From an uncultured Candidatus Rokubacteria bacterium (GTDB lineage: Bacteria > Methylomirabilota > Methylomirabilia > Rokubacteriales > CSP1-6), in assembly GCA_963771355.1 (NCBI GenBank), contig CAVYTA010000006.1, positions 2,272,001 to 2,336,000 on the forward strand: a stretch of DNA of 64,000 nt. The letters run 5' to 3'. Both the position numbers and the translations under genes were made by a program. Every line of letters begins with the position of its first letter. Position 1 is the stretch's first letter. Positions 1 through 8,428 of this stretch are shown here, piece after piece. Below the pieces are notes generated by a model that worked only from the letters and a program-made list of their open reading frames with translations, was not told the origin of the DNA and did no database searches.

Positions 1-59
1 GGGCTAACTTCCTAACTGTATAGCCTCCCGAGCGGTGCGGAGGCCGTCAACCCCCGCGT

Positions 60-80
60 TTGTGCCCGGGATTGTGCCCG
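60..80. repeat. Direct repeat TTGTGCCCG x2 (12-bp period), possible integrase arm-type site at an island edge
   Basis: TTGTGCCCG at 60-68 and 72-80, next to the integrase relic. Confidence 0.4.
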
Positions 81-139
81 TTAGTCGACGGGTAGTCTCC
101 TGGAGATCGGCGTCGCTTACGATGGCATAGCGGCGACAG

Positions 140-322
140 TCAAGCGCCGTCCGCGGAAGAAGGGGTCCAGATGGGCGAGCCGGCGGTTGGCCTCCTTGCC
201 TCGCGCTCGCCCGTCGTCTCGTAGTGCCGCTTGAGGTCGTTGCGCGCCTCGTCCTAGGTCACGCGATCGCGTGTTCTCGCGGATCGGCTTGCCTTGCGCG
301 TAGTACTTGATCCAGTAGACGC
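140..322 (-). pseudogene. Relic of a tyrosine-recombinase (phage integrase) N-terminal region
   Basis: Across frames reads VYWIKYYAQGKPIRE / DRVT*DEARNDLKRHYETTGERE / EANRRLAHLDPFFRGRRL; in-frame TAG and frameshifts; no catalytic domain. Confidence 0.6.
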
Positions 323-326
323 GGAG

Positions 327-348
327 AAAGTGTTCCCTTCGGAACAGT
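327..348. promoter_or_regulatory. Palindromic operator-like motif, copy 1
   Basis: AAAGTGTTC-CCTTCG-GAACAGT; same motif at 649 and 1521. Confidence 0.55.
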
Positions 349-648
349 CCGCAATTCTGTTTTTGCAGAATCCGACAAATTTTCTGGAATCTCTCTAGCG
401 CTCGGCGAGAAGCGCGCGTAGGGTCATCAGTAGGAGCGACGATGATCCGACTCGGAGTAATAGGACTGACAATTCTCCGCTGGCTCGCCGTAGCCTCCAT
501 GGCCGTTCTCGCCTACTTCCTCGCCGACTGAATGTCGGGGGTGTTCAATCCCGCGAGCTGGCCCCTAGCACTGGTAGCCGCGATCATCCCTGTGCCTCCC
601 TGTAGCGTCTGACCGCTCCGTAAAGGACGTCCTTGCTTTCGCCTCACC

Positions 649-672
649 AAAGTGTTCACTTTGGAACACTTT
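649..672. promoter_or_regulatory. Palindromic operator-like motif, copy 2 (perfect 9-bp arms)
   Basis: AAAGTGTTC-ACTTTG-GAACACTTT, 20 bp upstream of the TTG start at 693. Confidence 0.65.
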
Positions 673-692
673 TTCGGACTCGGAGGCCACCC

Positions 693-860
693 TTGACGAA
701 CCGGATCGACCGCCACGGGAATCCGATCTGCCCGGTCTGTGAACTCCCCCTCCTGAAGCCCTACACCTGCCCATTTGTCGGCGAGCAGCGGGTGCACCAC
801 GAATGCTGGGCCACGCCATTTCCGCGTAGCGCCGGCGGGCCACCGCGGCAGTCAGGCTGA
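693..860 (+). CDS. 55-aa CxxC-x18-HxxC zinc-finger microprotein (paralog A)
   Basis: GGAGG RBS at 682-686, TTG start; CPVC...HHECW; 37/54 identical to 1569-1733 by manual alignment. Confidence 0.7.
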   Translation: MTNRIDRHGNPICPVCELPLLKPYTCPFVGEQRVHHECWATPFPRSAGGPPRQSG

Positions 861-867
861 AGCGCGT

Positions 868-1041
868 ATGAAAATGAAAGTGATCAACCTGGACACACGG
901 ACCAACATCGCCACCTTGGAGTGCGAATGCGGGGGCCTGACGCTCATTTCCACGGCGGGGGCGACGGAAGCCATGCCCAATCGAGGGCACTGTCCCGTAT
1001 GTAACGAAACCTTCGACTACCCGAACGACCTGACGACGTAG
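868..1041 (+). CDS. 57-aa Cys-rich zinc-ribbon-like microprotein
   Basis: MKMKVINLDT...CECGG...CPVC; starts 7 bp after paralog A. Confidence 0.5.
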   Translation: MKMKVINLDTRTNIATLECECGGLTLISTAGATEAMPNRGHCPVCNETFDYPNDLTT

Positions 1042-1346
1042 CGACGTTACAGTCCCTCCTCCAATCGTTGACGGTTCTTCCCCGTAGAGCGGTCTGGGCC
1101 TAATGGCCCTCCTCCGGCCCCTTGAGCAGCCGCGCGAGATCCTGGCGGCGCCTTGAGTCGGCGGCGGCTGTCATCGCGCTTGCACCTCGAGAAACGCCCG
1201 CCCGCATGACGAGGACGATACTCGGGAGCAACTCGCCGCGCTGCGCCTCGGTCAACGCCGCCTCATTCTGAACGATGGGCGGCGGCAGCGCGGAAGTGGC
1301 ACTACAACACAGCCGGCCGCCTCGAGGATCGCGGCACCGGTGCTCG

Positions 1347-1378
1347 AAAACCCCTGGAAGTAGTGAACTTTCCAGGGG
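1347..1378 (-). terminator. Intrinsic terminator-like hairpin on the minus strand
   Basis: CCCCTGGAA (1351-1359) / TTCCAGGGG (1370-1378); AAAA at 1347-1350 gives a U-tract on the minus strand. Confidence 0.45.
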
Positions 1379-1520
1379 GCTCGATGCTCCCCGGCGTCAA
1401 ATGCCCGGGAACCAAAGGAAATAGATTTCACATCCCCAGCCGTAGCTCACGGCAGTCATTCGCTTCCCTCCTGGTACGCCTTTAGTCCTACGCCGCAGGG
1501 CGTCTTGCGTTCGAGTCGAG

Positions 1521-1542
1521 AAAGTGTTCAATAAGGGACACT
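1521..1542. promoter_or_regulatory. Palindromic operator-like motif, copy 3
   Basis: AAAGTGTTC-AATAAG-GGACACT upstream of paralog B. Confidence 0.6.
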
Positions 1543-1568
1543 AATCGTTCTGACTCGGAGATTCGCCG

Positions 1569-1733
1569 GTGCCCAACCGACTCGACCCTTACGGGAACAC
1601 GATCTGTCCGGTCTGTGAGTTGCCCATCTTGAATCCCGACACGAGCCCTTTCGTCGGCGATCAACGGGTACACGCAGCCTGCTGGGCCACGCCGCTTCCG
1701 CGCAGCGTCGGCGGGGCACTGCGCACGTCATGA
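1569..1733 (+). CDS. 54-aa CxxC-x18-HxxC zinc-finger microprotein (paralog B; absent from ORF track)
   Basis: GGAG RBS 1557-1560, GTG start, MPNRLDPYGNTICPVCELPILNPDTSPFVGDQRVHAACWATPLPRSVGGALRTS*. Confidence 0.7.
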   Translation: MPNRLDPYGNTICPVCELPILNPDTSPFVGDQRVHAACWATPLPRSVGGALRTS

Positions 1734-1739
1734 AACCAG

Positions 1740-2009
1740 ATGCCTGACCAGGCGCGGCTGCGAGAACACGCGCGCGCGGCGATCCGCAGGGGAAAATTAC
1801 CGGCGCGGGCGCCTGATCGCACCTGGGGCGGCCGCGGTGTAGGGGCTCCCTGCTCGGTTTGCGAACTCCTCGTCTCCACGGACCAGGCGGAAATCGAGAT
1901 CGAGTTCGCCCATGACGGCAGCGCCCCCGGACTAGAGAAGCATCACGTCCATCCACGGTGCTTCGCGGCGTGGGACCTCGAGCGGACGGGAGGCACCTGG
2001 CAGCCGTAG
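1740..2009 (+). CDS. 89-aa hypothetical protein with CxxC...HxxC putative Zn site
   Basis: WGGRGVGAPCSVC...HPRCFAAW; starts 6 bp after paralog B. Confidence 0.7.
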   Translation: MPDQARLREHARAAIRRGKLPARAPDRTWGGRGVGAPCSVCELLVSTDQAEIEIEFAHDGSAPGLEKHHVHPRCFAAWDLERTGGTWQP

Positions 2010-2031
2010 CCCGCCCCTGGCTGCCCGGGTG

Positions 2032-2448
2032 TCAAATGCCCGACCGCGCGGGATCCACGAAGCGGAAGTAGACCAGCGGGATCAGGTAGAACAGGAGCAG
2101 CTGGCCCGACGCCATGCGCAGGGAGCCGGCCTCGGAGAGTAGGGTGAGGCCGAAGTTGAGCACGGAGTAGGCGGCGGTGGCGGCCAGCAGCCCGCGGAGC
2201 GGCGGCGGCACGTGGCCGGCGAGGGCGCGCCAGTCGTAGAAGTGGAGGTGCTTCCACCGCCGTGCCGGCGTGTCGGCGCGGCGCAGCCGGATCAGCATGG
2301 CGCCGAGGAGCGCGAAGGCGCCGGCGAGGAGCCCCACCACCCATCTGTCGTCGATCCGCTCCGCCAGCGGCGTGAAGCTCGCCAGGTGCAGGAGCGCGCT
2401 GGCGCCGAAGCCCACCGCCGCCGCCGCGTGGAGCACGCGCCCGAGCAT
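2032..2448 (-). CDS. Hypothetical membrane protein (about 4 TM)
   Basis: Four hydrophobic segments; likely start MLGRVLH. Confidence 0.6.
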   Translation of the reverse strand: MLGRVLHAAAAVGFGASALLHLASFTPLAERIDDRWVVGLLAGAFALLGAMLIRLRRADTPARRWKHLHFYDWRALAGHVPPPLRGLLAATAAYSVLNFGLTLLSEAGSLRMASGQLLLFYLIPLVYFRFVDPARSGI

Positions 2449-2468
2449 GGCCTCTTCTATCACGGAAA

Positions 2469-2498
2469 TTGACGCCTCCCGGCGGCGGTCGGTATGAT
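2469..2498 (+). promoter_or_regulatory. Sigma70-like promoter, probably leaderless, for the M23 gene
   Basis: TTGACG-N18-TATGAT, 6 nt before GTG at 2505. Confidence 0.6.
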
Positions 2499-2504
2499 CG
2501 CTCG

Positions 2505-3932
2505 GTGGCACGTCCCAGCGCGAAGTTCTGGCTCTTCCTCGTCCTCATTCCCGCGCTCGCGATCGTGGGGGGCGTCTCCGTGCTCGCCTGGCGGCAAACC
2601 GTGCCCGGCGTCAAGGCGGAGCTCGTGCCCATCCCGCGCTTCCTCGGCGTGAAGACCCCGCTCACGGTGGTGCTGCGCGCGGCCAAGGGCGGCCTGGTGA
2701 GCGCGGAGCTGCGGCTCGTGCAGGGCCAGGGACGCGTGGTCCTGGCGAGCCCCACCTTCACCGGCGGGCCCGCCGAGCAGCGCCTCGATCTCACGGTGGA
2801 GGGACGCAGCACGGGGCTGCGCGAGGGGCAGGCGACGCTGGAGGTCCGTGCGCGTGACAACTACTGGCGGCTCCTCCGCGTCGACGACCGTCCGGTCCTC
2901 ACCCTGCCGGTGACGCTCGACTTCTCGCCGCCCACGCTGGAAGTGCTGGGGAGCACGCGCTATCTGACCCGGGGCGGCGGCGGACTCGTCGCGCTGCGCG
3001 CCCGGGGCGCCTCGCGCGTGGGCGTCAACGCCGGCGGCGTCTTCTTCCCCGCCGTTCCCGCCGGCGTCGAGGGCTCGGGCACCATGGTGGCCATGCTCGC
3101 GCTGCCGTGGGACCTGCCCGCGGGCGCCACCATCAGCGTGCTCGCCCAGGACGAGGCCGGCAACACGGTGACGCGCGGCGTGCCGGCGGAGATCAAGGCC
3201 CGGCGCTTCCCCACCGACACCATCGAGCTGAAGGAGGAGTTCCTCCGGCAGAAGGTGGCGGAGCTCCTTCCCGAGAAGGCCAACGCGGGCCCCGCCGAGA
3301 TCATTCCCGCCTTTCTCCGGATCAACCGCGAGCAGCGCAAGGCCGCGGAGCAGACCAAGCGCGAGCTCGCCGCCCGCAGCCAGCCGCGACCCCTGTGGGA
3401 GGGGGCCTTCGTGCAGCCGCGCAACACCAAGGTGTTCTCGAACTTCGCGGAGACGCGCTCCTACCGCTACGAGGGGCGCGAGGTGGACGTGCAGGTGCAC
3501 CTGGGCTACGACCTCGCCTCCAGCCGGCACAGCCCGGTGCCGGCCGCCAATTCGGGAGTGGTGATCTTCGCGGCGCCGCTCACCATCTACGGCAACACGG
3601 TGGTGCTGGACCATGGCTGGGGGCTGCAGACCCTCTACGCCCACCTCTCCTCGGTCACGGTGAAGGACGGCAACACCGTGCAGAAGGGGCAGGAGCTGGG
3701 CCGCACCGGCACCACCGGGCTCGCGGTGGGCGATCACCTCCACTACGAAGTCCTGATCCACGGTATCCCGGTGACGCCGCTCGAGTGGTGGGACGGCCGC
3801 TGGATCCGCGACCACATCGGCCGGCCGCTGCGGGACGCAAGCCTGCCCGCGGCGATGGCGGGCACCGCGCCCCCCTCCGAGGACGACGACCGCTCCGCGG
3901 CGCGCCGCCGGCGCGGCGACCGGAGCCGCTGA
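2505..3932 (+). CDS. M23 family metallopeptidase
   Basis: N-terminal TM; HLGYD (HxxxD), YGNTVVLDHG, YAHLS, GDHLHYE. Confidence 0.9.
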   Translation: MARPSAKFWLFLVLIPALAIVGGVSVLAWRQTVPGVKAELVPIPRFLGVKTPLTVVLRAAKGGLVSAELRLVQGQGRVVLASPTFTGGPAEQRLDLTVEGRSTGLREGQATLEVRARDNYWRLLRVDDRPVLTLPVTLDFSPPTLEVLGSTRYLTRGGGGLVALRARGASRVGVNAGGVFFPAVPAGVEGSGTMVAMLALPWDLPAGATISVLAQDEAGNTVTRGVPAEIKARRFPTDTIELKEEFLRQKVAELLPEKANAGPAEIIPAFLRINREQRKAAEQTKRELAARSQPRPLWEGAFVQPRNTKVFSNFAETRSYRYEGREVDVQVHLGYDLASSRHSPVPAANSGVVIFAAPLTIYGNTVVLDHGWGLQTLYAHLSSVTVKDGNTVQKGQELGRTGTTGLAVGDHLHYEVLIHGIPVTPLEWWDGRWIRDHIGRPLRDASLPAAMAGTAPPSEDDDRSAARRRRGDRSR

Positions 3933-3939
3933 GGGCGCG

Positions 3940-5259
3940 TCAGCGCGGCCCCGGCATCATCTGCCGGGGCAGCCAGAGGGCCAAGTCCGGGAACGCGAAC
4001 AGCAGCGCCACCAGCACGATCATCAACACCACATAGGGCGTGGTGCCGACGGTGATGTCCCGCGCGCGGCTGCCCGGCATGAGGTTCTGGATCACGAAGA
4101 GGTTGAGCCCCACCGGAGGCGTGATGAACCCGATCTCCAGCCACACCACCATGATGATGCCGAACCACACCGGGTCGAAGCCGAGACCGGTGATGAGCGG
4201 AAAGAGGATGGGGAGCAGGATGATCATCACCGACAGCTCCTCCAGCGCGTAGGCGATCACGAGGAGGAAGGCGAACACCGCGGTGAAGAAGGCCCACTTG
4301 GGCAGCCCGAGGCCGGTGACCAGGGCCAGCAGCGCCTTGGGCGCGCCGAGGAGCGCGATCACGTGGGAGAAGATCGCCGCGAAGACGATGATGAGCATGA
4401 CCATGGCGGTGGTGCGCACCGTCTCCTGGAACGCCTGGTTCAAGGTGGCCCAGGAGAGGTTGCCGTACCAGCGCGCCAGCACCAGGCTGACCACGGTACC
4501 GAGCGCGGCCGCCTCCGTCGGCGTCACGATGCCGATATACATGGAGCCGAGCACGGTGAAGATCAGGATGGCGACGGGCGCCACCTCGCCGAAGGACTTG
4601 AGCTTTTCCCTGAAGGTCCCGCTGTCCGACGCGATCCGCGGCGCCGATTCCGGCCAGAAAGCCGCATAGCCGATCGCCCAACCCGCGAAGAGCAGCGCCA
4701 GCAGGGCGCCGGGGACGATGCCGGCCATGTAGAGGTGGCCGACCGAGGTCTCCGTCATCACGCCGTAGATGATCATGGGCACCGAGGGCGGGATGAGGAT
4801 GCCGAGCGTCCCGCCGGCCGCGATGGCGCCGATGATGAGCGGCTTCGCATACCCCCGCCGCTCCATCTCGGGAATGGCGATCATGCCGATGGTGGCGGCG
4901 GTGGCGACGCTGGAGCCCGACACCGCCGCGAAGATGGCGCAGGAGAAGATGCTCGCCACCGCGAGCCCGCCGGGGAGGAAGCCCACCCAGCGCGCCACCG
5001 CGGTGAAGAGTCCCTTGCCGATGCCCGAGTGCAGAAGGATGCCGCTCATGAAGACGAAGAGGGGGACGGCGACGAAGGTGAAGCTGGTCGCGTTGGACCA
5101 GGCGATGGAGCCCACCACCCCGAGCCCCACCGTCCAGCCCTTGAGGTAGAGCAGCCCCAGGACGCCCACAATGCCCATCGCGAGGGCGATCTCCATCCCC
5201 ATCGCGAAGAGGAGGAACATCAGCGCGACGAGCAGCGCGCCGAGGCCGGCCTCGCTCAC
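3940..5259 (-). CDS. dctM: TRAP transporter large permease
   Basis: SGSSVATAA, GILIPPS, TPTEAAA, ITPPVGLNLF; GTG start overlaps the dctQ stop. Confidence 0.92.
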   Translation of the reverse strand: MSEAGLGALLVALMFLLFAMGMEIALAMGIVGVLGLLYLKGWTVGLGVVGSIAWSNATSFTFVAVPLFVFMSGILLHSGIGKGLFTAVARWVGFLPGGLAVASIFSCAIFAAVSGSSVATAATIGMIAIPEMERRGYAKPLIIGAIAAGGTLGILIPPSVPMIIYGVMTETSVGHLYMAGIVPGALLALLFAGWAIGYAAFWPESAPRIASDSGTFREKLKSFGEVAPVAILIFTVLGSMYIGIVTPTEAAALGTVVSLVLARWYGNLSWATLNQAFQETVRTTAMVMLIIVFAAIFSHVIALLGAPKALLALVTGLGLPKWAFFTAVFAFLLVIAYALEELSVMIILLPILFPLITGLGFDPVWFGIIMVVWLEIGFITPPVGLNLFVIQNLMPGSRARDITVGTTPYVVLMIVLVALLFAFPDLALWLPRQMMPGPR

Positions 5260-5768
5260 CCGGTCTCCGTCGTGGGCGGCACCTCGTCGCGGCGGTCCCG
5301 CGGACCCAGCGCGGCCCGCAGCTGACGGCGGAGCGTCCCCACCATGCACAGCGCCATCAGCAGGAGGCCGGCGGGAATGAGGAGCATCGGCACCCAGAGC
5401 GGGTAGAGCAGCACCGCGGAGACGCGACCGTAGCGGTACGCGGTGAGCGCCGACTGGGAAGTGACCCAGATGACCACCGCGAGGAAGACGAGACCCAGCG
5501 CGAGGTTGAGGAGCCGCAGCCACGCGCGCGCCGCCGGCGGCAGGTGGGACGTCACCAGGTCCATGCGCACGTGGCCGCCCACGCGGTAGGTCTGGGCGGC
5601 GGCGCCGAACACCACCAGGAGCAGGAGGAAGGGACCGATCTCGTCCACGATGAGCTGCGGACGGTTGAAGAAGTACCGCATGAGGACGTCGAAGGAGATG
5701 AGCAGGGCCAGGACCAGGGTGGCCAGTCCCGACACCAGCGCCGACGCTTTCGACGCCCTCCCGATCAC
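5256..5768 (-). CDS. dctQ: TRAP transporter small permease
   Basis: 4 TM, DVLMRY, GHVRMD; between dctP and dctM. Confidence 0.88.
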   Translation of the reverse strand: MIGRASKASALVSGLATLVLALLISFDVLMRYFFNRPQLIVDEIGPFLLLLVVFGAAAQTYRVGGHVRMDLVTSHLPPAARAWLRLLNLALGLVFLAVVIWVTSQSALTAYRYGRVSAVLLYPLWVPMLLIPAGLLLMALCMVGTLRRQLRAALGPRDRRDEVPPTTETG

Positions 5769-5778
5769 GCGGGCGTGA

Positions 5779-6804
5779 CTATCGGCCCAGCGCCTTCAAC
5801 GCGAGCTCCAGGCCCCGCTTGCCGTCGGCCCCCGTGCGCTGAAGCCAGGTGTCCCAGGCGGCTCTGGCGATCTGCCGCGCCTTCGCCAGCTCGTCCTTGG
5901 ACGGCTCGACGATGGTCATGCCCAGCTCGGGCAGCCGCTTGCGCGTGCGCTCCTCGGCGGCGGCGGCGTCCTGCCACTCCTTCTCCTCGAGGTTGGACTC
6001 CTTGACCGCGTCCAGCACCGCCGCCTGGAGATCCTTGGGGAGTCCGTCCCACGCCTTCTGATTGGCCACCAGCCACTCCTGCGCGGCGCCGGCGAGGTAC
6101 CAGTAGTCGAGGAACTTCGCCACCTCGAAGAACTTCATGGGCTCGGCGTTGGTGGCGGAGGTCATGGCTCCGTCCACCGTCTTCTTCTCCAGCGCGGAGT
6201 ACACCTCGCCGAAGGCGATGTTGACCGGCGACCCGCCCAGCAGGCGGGTGACGTTGGCGGAGTCGGCGCCGTACACGCGGATCTTCTTGCCCTTCCAGTC
6301 GGCCACGGTGCGGATGGGCACGGTGGAGAAGATCTGCTGCGACGGCCACGTGTTGATGGAGAGGAGCTTGAGGCCCTTCCGGGCCAGCATCTCGGTGTAG
6401 AAGGGCCGGAGCTGCATCGCCGCCTTCTTGTGCTCCTCGATGCTCGACGTCATGAACGGCAGCTCCAGCGGCCCCATCTCCAGGAGCACGTCGGTGAGGT
6501 ACGACGCCAGTACCGTGCCCACCTCGGAGCGGCCGTCGAGGACGGCGGGGATCAGCTCCGGCCCCGGGTAGAGCGAGGAGGCGGGGTGGACGCGGATCTC
6601 CATCCGGCCGCCCGACTTCTCCTTCAGCTTGGCGGCGAAGGCATTGTAGTTCACGGTGTGGTAGTAGGTCGGCGCCGCCACCGTGGGGAGGTTCCACACG
6701 ATCGGCTTCGCCTGGGCGCCCACGGGCGCCGGCGTCAGGGTGGCCCCGCCCGCCAGCACGGCGAGGACGGCGAGCACCGCGCTCAGATACGCGAGCTTCT
6801 TCAT
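5779..6804 (-). CDS. dctP: TRAP transporter substrate-binding protein
   Basis: Signal peptide; LELPF, DWKGKKIRV, GEVYSALEKKTVDG. Confidence 0.92.
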   Translation of the reverse strand: MKKLAYLSAVLAVLAVLAGGATLTPAPVGAQAKPIVWNLPTVAAPTYYHTVNYNAFAAKLKEKSGGRMEIRVHPASSLYPGPELIPAVLDGRSEVGTVLASYLTDVLLEMGPLELPFMTSSIEEHKKAAMQLRPFYTEMLARKGLKLLSINTWPSQQIFSTVPIRTVADWKGKKIRVYGADSANVTRLLGGSPVNIAFGEVYSALEKKTVDGAMTSATNAEPMKFFEVAKFLDYWYLAGAAQEWLVANQKAWDGLPKDLQAAVLDAVKESNLEEKEWQDAAAAEERTRKRLPELGMTIVEPSKDELAKARQIARAAWDTWLQRTGADGKRGLELALKALGR

Positions 6805-6821
6805 CGAATGCCCCTTTCGCG

Positions 6822-7334
6822 TCAGACCGGTTCGACCAGCTTGGTGAGCATCTCGCCGAGCGCCGCTTCCGCCTTCCGCCGCTGATCCTCCGCGGTCTCC
6901 CCGCCCTTGCGGTGGGGGATCACCACCAGCGCGAGGTCAGGCACCGCTTGCAGCTTCGCCTGCATCCGGGCGGCCTTCTCGAAGTTGTCCCACACCACCG
7001 TCACCGTGTGTATCCCTCGCTTCTCCAGCGAGGCGGCGTCGAGCACACTGCCCGACGTGCACGACCCTCAGAGGCCGATGCCGACGACGGCGACGTCGGC
7101 CTGCGCGGCCTCCTCGATGAGGGAGGGCGGCGAGGGCGCGGTGCCCGACGGCTTCACCAGGCGCTTCACGGTGGCGCCCGCGCGCTCGGCCAGCAGGGTC
7201 TCGAGCCGCGTGGTGAACGGAATGTCGAGGTTGTCGTCCACGATGGCCACCGTGGCCCCCGCCAGCCCGCGGAGGCGGCGCTTGGCGGCGGGTCCTTCCA
7301 CCGCGCTGGACCAGACTGGGCTCAAGATCTCCAT
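6822..7334 (-). CDS. UGSC-family selenoprotein (Sec at codon 89, TGA 7068-7070), 170 aa
   Basis: ORFs 7068-7334 and 6822-7046 are one frame joined by TGA-GGG-TCG-TGC = U-G-S-C; hairpin 11 nt after the UGA. Confidence 0.85.
7038..7056 (-). promoter_or_regulatory. Putative bacterial SECIS hairpin
   Basis: GUCGGGCA-GUG-UGCUCGAC (8 bp with one G-U) starting 11 nt downstream of UGA; G at the loop apex. Confidence 0.7.
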
Positions 7335-7348
7335 GTCGTCGTTCTCCT

Positions 7349-8428
7349 TCAGCGGCCGCCGGGCCGCCGGATCTGGCGCGTGACCGCGTACCCGCCGAAA
7401 CCGCCCCAGCCCGGCAAGACCGCGGCGAAGTAGCTCCGGCCGCCCGCCACCACGATGTGGATGTCCTCCGGGTCGCGGGTCACCGGCACCCGCGTGGTGG
7501 GATTGACCAGGTCGTAGCGCAGGGGGTACCGGCCGGCGTCCTGCTCCATCTTGCGGAACTGCTCGTGGACGACGCCGCAGGCCCGCACGTCGCCGATCGG
7601 GCGGCGGGCGTGCTCCCACAGGTACTGCCGCACGTCCCCCTTGCTCCAGCCACGCTTGGCGAACTCCTCCGCGTTGAGCGGGTTCAGGGTCACCAGCATC
7701 TGCCCCATCACATGCATGTTGTTGTTGCCGAGCGAGCACATGGAGTCCGTCAGCACGTGCAGCATCTCCTCCGGCGTGCCGTAGCAGAATACGCTATGGG
7801 GTCCCTCGCAGGCAAAGACGGTGACCGCGTCCGAGCCCGGCGGGCAGCCGCGATCCACATGCAGCGGCGTCCAGGGATTGTCCTCCTCCTCCTCCGCGAT
7901 GCAGAAGGCGTACTCCCCCGGATGCGAGAGGGTGGACTTGTCGGTATCCCACGGCGTCGCGCCGCCCAGGTTCCAGAGGGCCAGGCGCACCGCCCGCCCC
8001 ACCGCGGCATTGGCCCGGTAGCCGTTGCCGAACACGCCGTCGCGCGAGTTGAAGTTGAGCGCGCGCGCGATGGGGCCGTTGACGATGACCAGCGAGACGC
8101 ACATGTGGGTGGTCTGGCTCACCCCGTTCAGGTTGTGGGCGGGATCGAGGAGCGCCTCCATGGCGGCGAGCACGACGGGAAAGTGCTCCGGACGGCAGCC
8201 CCCCATCACCGCGTTGATGGCGAGCTTCTCGACGGTGGCGGCGCCCCCCTTCGGCGGCACCGGCCCCAGGCTCTCCTGCGCGTCCCGCCCCACGTGGGCG
8301 ATGAGAGCCTCCACCCGGCGAGGCGTGGGAAGCACCACCGGCAGACCGTCCGTCCAGCCCCGCGTGAAGAACAGCTCGACCGCGTCCTCGTACTCGTCGA
8401 TGTTCAGGCGCTCTGATACCAGGTTCAT
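7349..8428 (-). CDS. Conserved hypothetical protein (GWTDGLPV family, usual partner of UGSC proteins)
   Basis: GWTDGLPVVLPT, EKLAINAVMGGC, GYRANAAVGRA, CIAEEE. Confidence 0.75.
   Translation of the reverse strand: MNLVSERLNIDEYEDAVELFFTRGWTDGLPVVLPTPRRVEALIAHVGRDAQESLGPVPPKGGAATVEKLAINAVMGGCRPEHFPVVLAAMEALLDPAHNLNGVSQTTHMCVSLVIVNGPIARALNFNSRDGVFGNGYRANAAVGRAVRLALWNLGGATPWDTDKSTLSHPGEYAFCIAEEEEDNPWTPLHVDRGCPPGSDAVTVFACEGPHSVFCYGTPEEMLHVLTDSMCSLGNNNMHVMGQMLVTLNPLNAEEFAKRGWSKGDVRQYLWEHARRPIGDVRACGVVHEQFRKMEQDAGRYPLRYDLVNPTTRVPVTRDPEDIHIVVAGGRSYFAAVLPGWGGFGGYAVTRQIRRPGGR

Noticed and set aside
354..371. ATTCTG-N6-CAGAAT palindrome
   Set aside because: Single occurrence with 6-bp arms; insufficient support on its own.
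117..500. 127-aa ORF as an intact gene
   Set aside because: It is a mosaic of integrase fragments in different frames plus regulatory DNA.
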